From IMG/VR virus record IMGVR_UViG_3300035660_000006: a stretch of 64,000 nt of DNA; one strand, 5' to 3'. The translations under genes and the position numbers were made by a program. Below the pieces are notes generated by a model, which was not told the origin of the DNA, did not search any database, and saw only the letters and a list, made by a program, of their open reading frames with translations. This DNA comes from a virus. This document shows, in pieces, positions 59,656-64,000 of this stretch (within the stretch, counting starts at the first letter, position 1; every line of letters begins with the position of its first letter).

Positions 59656-60597
59656 ATGGGAAGATATAAAGTAAGATGTAGAATTTGTGGTAGATTTTTC
59701 TCTAAAATAGATTGGAGTCATTTAAAAAAACACAATATAACTTTCAAAAAATATAAAATTAGATTTCCTAATAGTAAAACTCAATCAGAGTTAACAACAA
59801 AAAAATTCATTAAAAATGGTTCTAAAAATATTAAATATATATTAGAAAAGCCGAAAAAATTAAGGTCTAAATGGGGGAAGAAAACTGGTATTTTAGGTGT
59901 TTTGTCAAGAGAGGATAGAAGAAAACGAGACTTAAAATATAACAAACATTGGGAAAAAACATTCACAATTGGACAGAAAAAAAGGGATAAAAAAAGGAAA
60001 AAGAGAAGGAAAAATGACCCAAAATTTGATAAAAAATTGAGAAAAGTTAGTAGAAAGAATGGAATTAAAACACAAAAAATTATGAAACAAAAATCTAAAC
60101 AAGATTATAATTACGAAAAATGGCTTAAAGAAAGACAATCATTGGGACAAATAAAAGCACAAAAAATAATAAAAAAGAGAAGGCAAGAAGACCCAAAATT
60201 TGATAAATATTTAAGAAAGTGTTGTAGTATTGCTGGTTTTATTGGTCTTAAAAAACTTCGTGAAAATAGTCCATTTTGGTTTATGGGTGTTCCTTTTGCT
60301 TCACCTTCTGAAAGAGAATGTGCCAAATTATTTTACAAACATCTTAATTGGATACCAAAAGAAGGAGTAAATTGTCATATTCAAATAGGGAGATGTGAAT
60401 ATGATTTTAAAATTAGTGGTTGTTTTGTTGAATATCATCCAAAAAGTGATTTGTATGATACAACAATCAAAATTTATTATCAGAAGAGAAGAAGAAATCT
60501 CGATAAAAACAATCTTAAAAATAAGAAACTATTTATTCTTCAAAACCTCGAAGATGTCATGAATTTCATAAATATAGAGAAATTTAACAAAAAATAG
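59656..60597 (+). CDS. endonuclease-like protein with basic repeats and a DUF559/Vsr-like C-terminal region
   Basis: N-terminal CRICGRF zinc motif; repeated DPKFDK(K/Y)LRK; CEYDFKISGCFVEYHP. Confidence 0.5.
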   Translation: MGRYKVRCRICGRFFSKIDWSHLKKHNITFKKYKIRFPNSKTQSELTTKKFIKNGSKNIKYILEKPKKLRSKWGKKTGILGVLSREDRRKRDLKYNKHWEKTFTIGQKKRDKKRKKRRKNDPKFDKKLRKVSRKNGIKTQKIMKQKSKQDYNYEKWLKERQSLGQIKAQKIIKKRRQEDPKFDKYLRKCCSIAGFIGLKKLRENSPFWFMGVPFASPSERECAKLFYKHLNWIPKEGVNCHIQIGRCEYDFKISGCFVEYHPKSDLYDTTIKIYYQKRRRNLDKNNLKNKKLFILQNLEDVMNFINIEKFNKK

Positions 60598-60624
60598 TCA
60601 TTTAACCTTCTTTTTTAATTTTTT

Positions 60625-60647
60625 GAAAATATTTAAATATTTGTAAG
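60625..60647 (+). promoter_or_regulatory. conserved palindromic promoter element GAAAATATTTAAATATTTGTAAG
   Basis: ATG 24 nt downstream (60671). Confidence 0.6.
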
Positions 60648-61708
60648 TTCTATATTTATTATTGATTAACATGGTTCACATGATTGAAAAGAAAGATATT
60701 TCAATTACAGGAGAAGAAATATTCTTACCAACTTCCCCTGAAGAGTTAGGAGAAGAAAAAATCGAGCAAGAACCTGTTGAAGAGAAACCTCTGCCCACAA
60801 AACCAGAGGATATTGAATAATGCTTATAATGAGGTGAAAAAAATGAGAACTGGTAGACACAGACCAAATAAATATACAAAACATAAGGTAACAAAACTAA
60901 GAACAATCGAAATACCTGAAGGGTTCAAATTTTTGACAGTTGAGAGACATCCACATGAACCACGAAGGATGAGAATTGTTTTTAAAAAGGATTGAAGAAA
61001 ATGCACAAAAAAACAGACAGTTTAAGTGACCCCAATGATTGGGAACATGTTAAGTTTATGGAAAATGAAGGAGATAGATATTTAGACGAAATGGATAAAG
61101 ACCTCGAAGATATTGATTCGCAATTATAATTAAATTAAAGGTGAAAAAATGGCAAAAAGAAAAATGGGAAAACATAAGGTTAAAGAAACTAATCCATTTG
61201 CTGGGGATTTGAAAGATTTGGAAGGTTATGGAAAAGCATTGCTAAAACAAAAATATACACCAGTAGTGCAACCAAGTCTTGCAAAAGTTAGAAAACCAGA
61301 GGCGTTATTCTAAAATGGCACACAAGATTAGCATGAAAACAATGGCTGGTGCTGTCGCAAGTCCAAAAACTCCAATGAGATTAAAATTAGGATTAGTAAA
61401 AAAATATCCAGCATTGAAGCAATACATGAAGTGAGGTTAATGCCTCATAAAATTAAAAAAGAAATGTTGCGAGATTTAATTACTCAGGAAAAAATGAATT
61501 TAAAATTTATTCAACAATTACCAAAAATAGATTATGAAGCATTTAGATATACAGTAAAAACCCCAGTATCAGGGGAATTTTCAGTTTTAGGCTCTGGATT
61601 TGTTCCAAGCGAGAAAGGGTTTAAGGCAATTAAACCATTATTAAATTAAGGTGAAAATAATGCACAAGAAAAAAGATAATAAAGCAAATCCCTTTGCTAA
61701 TCCATTAA

Positions 61709-62353
61709 ATGAATGGATTAAATCAGGGGAAAAATGGGCTGTCAAATCAGGTGATTAATATTTCCAAAAAAAGTGGAAAGCATAAAATCAGAAAAAGAGA
61801 GCCTGATTTATTTGAGCAGTATGAAGCCGAATTTGAACGAATGTATCCTGAAGAAGAGGAATATGAAGAAGAGCCAGTTGAAAAAGTGAAAGTGAAAAAA
61901 TCAAAAGGTATACATAAGGTTCAGAAAGAAGAATCATTATCATTATTTCCAAGTCCTGAAGATTTGCCAGAAGAAGAAAGCGAAGAAGATTGGTTAGAAA
62001 GACAAAGAAAAGGTTATGAAGAACAAGCAGAAGATTTCAAAAAAATGGCAGAAAGTGGGCAGAAGTTTGCATTAGGAACTTACCACACTGTAAACAAAGC
62101 AGTTCAGGGTGCTAAAAGAGTTGGGAAAAAATTAAATCTAACATTACAAATGATTAAGAGTAAATTTGGAAAGCATAAAGTTCCAAATCAACCTATTCAA
62201 GTTTTCATAGAACCCACAGAAGAGGGTGATTATGTTGTTTATGGTCAAACTACAAGAAGAGAAGTCCCTGTTTCAAAACCAACACAACCAGTTAAAGTTT
62301 ATACTGAATATCCATCAGAAGAAGAATATGTAAAATATGAGGAGTTGATGTAA
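61709..62353 (+). CDS. acidic hypothetical protein (214 aa)
   Basis: ORF within M(V)HKK array 3. Confidence 0.45.
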   Translation: MNGLNQGKNGLSNQVINISKKSGKHKIRKREPDLFEQYEAEFERMYPEEEEYEEEPVEKVKVKKSKGIHKVQKEESLSLFPSPEDLPEEESEEDWLERQRKGYEEQAEDFKKMAESGQKFALGTYHTVNKAVQGAKRVGKKLNLTLQMIKSKFGKHKVPNQPIQVFIEPTEEGDYVVYGQTTRREVPVSKPTQPVKVYTEYPSEEEYVKYEELM

Positions 62354-62571
62354 TGGTTCATAAAAAAAGTTTAGTATTAACAAAAGAAGATAAAATAAAT
62401 TATGAAAAAGGATTTCAAAGTGGATTTGAAGGTAAAGATATGGGATATTTCAAAGGTTCATTTTATGAAAGAGGATGGAATGATGGAAGATTACATAGAG
62501 ATGTTAAAATAATAGATGAAGTAAAATCACTAAGAAATAAAATGTATAAAAAACATAAAAGGTTAAGTTAA
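62353..62571 (+). CDS. small protein, MVHKK start
   Basis: ATGGTTCATAAAAAAAG. Confidence 0.45.
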   Translation: MVHKKSLVLTKEDKINYEKGFQSGFEGKDMGYFKGSFYERGWNDGRLHRDVKIIDEVKSLRNKMYKKHKRLS

Positions 62572-62824
62572 GAATGGTTCATAAAAAATTAACTGCATGT
62601 CAAACAAGAGTATTGAAACACCTTAAAGGAGATAGCCAGACTTGGCTGAAACTATCTAAGAAAGCAAAAGAGGAATATTTATCTGATGTTAAATTAATGA
62701 AGAAGATAAAAGGTAATTAATGTAGATAATAATGTAGATAAGTATGGTAACTGATAAACAAAGAGTCAGGGATAGAAGGAAAACCAAAAAGGAATTTAAA
62801 AAAGAGGACAGATGGAGATAAATT

Positions 62825-63007
62825 ATGGTTCACAAAATGAAAGACAAATTATATCTTGCAGATTTTACTTATGTCGAGCCAGTTACAGGAACATATAAAG
62901 AAGCATTTGATTTCAAAGTTGAAGCAGAAAGTAAACAAGATGCTTTAAGACAAATTAAAAATTGGTTTAAAACTCATGGGACTATAAGAATTATGAAGGA
63001 AGGTTAG
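62825..63007 (+). CDS. small protein, MVHKMK start
   Basis: ATGGTTCACAAAATG. Confidence 0.45.
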   Translation: MVHKMKDKLYLADFTYVEPVTGTYKEAFDFKVEAESKQDALRQIKNWFKTHGTIRIMKEG

Positions 63008-63008
63008 T

Positions 63009-63293
63009 ATGGTTCATAAAAAAAAGAAATTAATTATAGAAGTTAATTATGTTTCACCAATGTTTAGAAGTTGGGGAAGAAAATTTTCAGTTGAAACATT
63101 ATTACCTGAAGATAAAGGGACATGGTTTATTTTAAAAAGAAAGAATTTTTACAAAAAAAATACAGCAATAAAATATGGTAAAGAAAAAGCAAAAGAATTA
63201 AATGCTAAATTTAGTGATAAAACAAGTTCAGAACAAAGATATAGAAAAGGAGAATATCTTATAACTAAAAAAGAAAGTTTAAGGATTGATTAA
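63009..63293 (+). CDS. small protein, MVHKKKK start
   Basis: ATGGTTCATAAAAAAAAG. Confidence 0.45.
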   Translation: MVHKKKKLIIEVNYVSPMFRSWGRKFSVETLLPEDKGTWFILKRKNFYKKNTAIKYGKEKAKELNAKFSDKTSSEQRYRKGEYLITKKESLRID

Positions 63294-63295
63294 AT

Positions 63296-63517
63296 ATGGT
63301 TCATAAAATGGATTTAAAAAATGTAGATGTTAAGGCAGTCTTGATTATTGGACAGCCCACAGAAGATATTAAACAGGAAGTTCCTAAAGATGTTCCAACC
63401 AAAGAAGTCAGTGATGATTTCTATTCTGATTTGGATTCAGGTATGGATGAGTTCACTGAATCTCTTGGTGGTGCTAAGAGAGATAAAGAACCTCTTTTTG
63501 CCGAAAAATCCCTTTAA
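63296..63517 (+). CDS. small acidic protein, MVHKMD start
   Basis: ATGGTTCATAAAATGG. Confidence 0.45.
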   Translation: MVHKMDLKNVDVKAVLIIGQPTEDIKQEVPKDVPTKEVSDDFYSDLDSGMDEFTESLGGAKRDKEPLFAEKSL

Positions 63518-63523
63518 ATTTTT

Positions 63524-63547
63524 GAAAAAATTTAAATATTTGTAATG
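63524..63547 (+). promoter_or_regulatory. conserved promoter element GAAAAAATTTAAATATTTGTAATG
   Basis: variant of the 22-nt motif; ATG at 63567. Confidence 0.55.
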
Positions 63548-63566
63548 TTAAATATATTTGAGTATT

Positions 63567-64000
63567 ATGGTTCACAAAACTGAAAAAATGGTTTCTTGCG
63601 ATTTGACGCAGATTAAGTCACCTAATGGTGCAGGAATCCATAAATATTCTTCTTCTACTGGCGATTGGCTTGACTCTTATGCTAAAGAAGTTGACAAGAT
63701 GGACAGAGCATTAGATAAATCCTATGAAGAGTCAGAAAAATTACAGGAAGAAGCAGAAGAGAGGATTTCACAACTTCAAGACGAAGAGGAAGCAGAAAGA
63801 CAAAAAGAAGAAGACCAATTATATCAGGAACAGATGAGGCAATTGGAAATAGAGAAAGCAAAGACAGAAGTAGAAATGATGAAAAAAGAACTTGAAGAGC
63901 AGAGAAAACCAGCACAACCAGAGTATGTAAAAAGAACAACTCCAGTAATTGTGGAGAAGAAACCAAGTATAAAAGAAAGAGTAGTAAGTCTTGGAAAGAA
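63567..64000 (+). CDS. MVHK-start coiled-coil protein, 3' partial (runs off the window)
   Basis: ATGGTTCACAAAACT after the conserved promoter; E/K/Q-rich. Confidence 0.45.
   Translation, partial: MVHKTEKMVSCDLTQIKSPNGAGIHKYSSSTGDWLDSYAKEVDKMDRALDKSYEESEKLQEEAEERISQLQDEEEAERQKEEDQLYQEQMRQLEIEKAKTEVEMMKKELEEQRKPAQPEYVKRTTPVIVEKKPSIKERVVSLGK

Noticed and set aside
1-64000. CRISPR array
   Set aside because: No regularly spaced direct repeats of 24-40 nt were found. The repeat-rich regions (1-2.7 kb, 5.9-6.5 kb) have irregular, short (8-20 nt) iterons.

Overview
This is a very AT-rich (roughly 30% GC by eye) archaeal-type sequence. It has BRE/TATA-like promoters built on TTTAAATA and strong GGTGA Shine-Dalgarno sites 5-9 nt before starts. 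No rRNA, tRNA, ribosomal-protein or core metabolic genes are visible. The whole window looks like a mobile genetic element (virus, provirus or large plasmid-like element) of an AT-rich archaeon. Coding is dense, mostly on the + strand, with one 6.6 kb minus-strand block (17.7-24.3 kb).

Recognisable modules, in order:
- An iteron-rich non-coding region flanking a winged-helix protein gene (1-2.7 kb).
- A replication module: an AT-rich intergenic region, an Orc1/Cdc6-like AAA+ ATPase and an MCM helicase (5.9-10.1 kb).
- A class I SAM methyltransferase, a Cas4-like 4Fe-4S PD-(D/E)xK nuclease, an SPFH/band-7 protein and a ParB-N6-adenine methyltransferase fusion.
- The minus-strand block, with a MoxR-type AAA+ ATPase, a large vWA protein, a Tpt1/ADP-ribosyltransferase-fold protein and several zinc-ribbon proteins.
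- A ParB homolog.
- Three arrays of tiny genes whose products all begin M(V)HKK, each array sitting behind the same 22-nt palindromic promoter.
- Free-standing homing-endonuclease-like genes: one LAGLIDADG, and three with a Vsr/DUF559-like domain joined to FCS-type zinc fingers or NUMOD3 repeats.
- A glycosylation cluster (GT4, GT-C, GT2) interrupted by a solo TnpB (IS200/IS605 OrfB).
- Hjc resolvase-like, archaeal histone-fold and AEP primase-like small proteins.
- An approximately 11 kb block of paralogous signal-peptide-bearing, cysteine- and N-glycosylation-sequon-rich, C-terminally membrane-anchored proteins, likely virion or surface proteins.
- A P-loop (packaging-type?) ATPase.

Three stretches have no convincing ORF and elevated GC: about 250 nt at 13.64-13.89 kb, about 1 kb at 52.0-53.1 kb, and about 250 nt at 56.8-57.06 kb.
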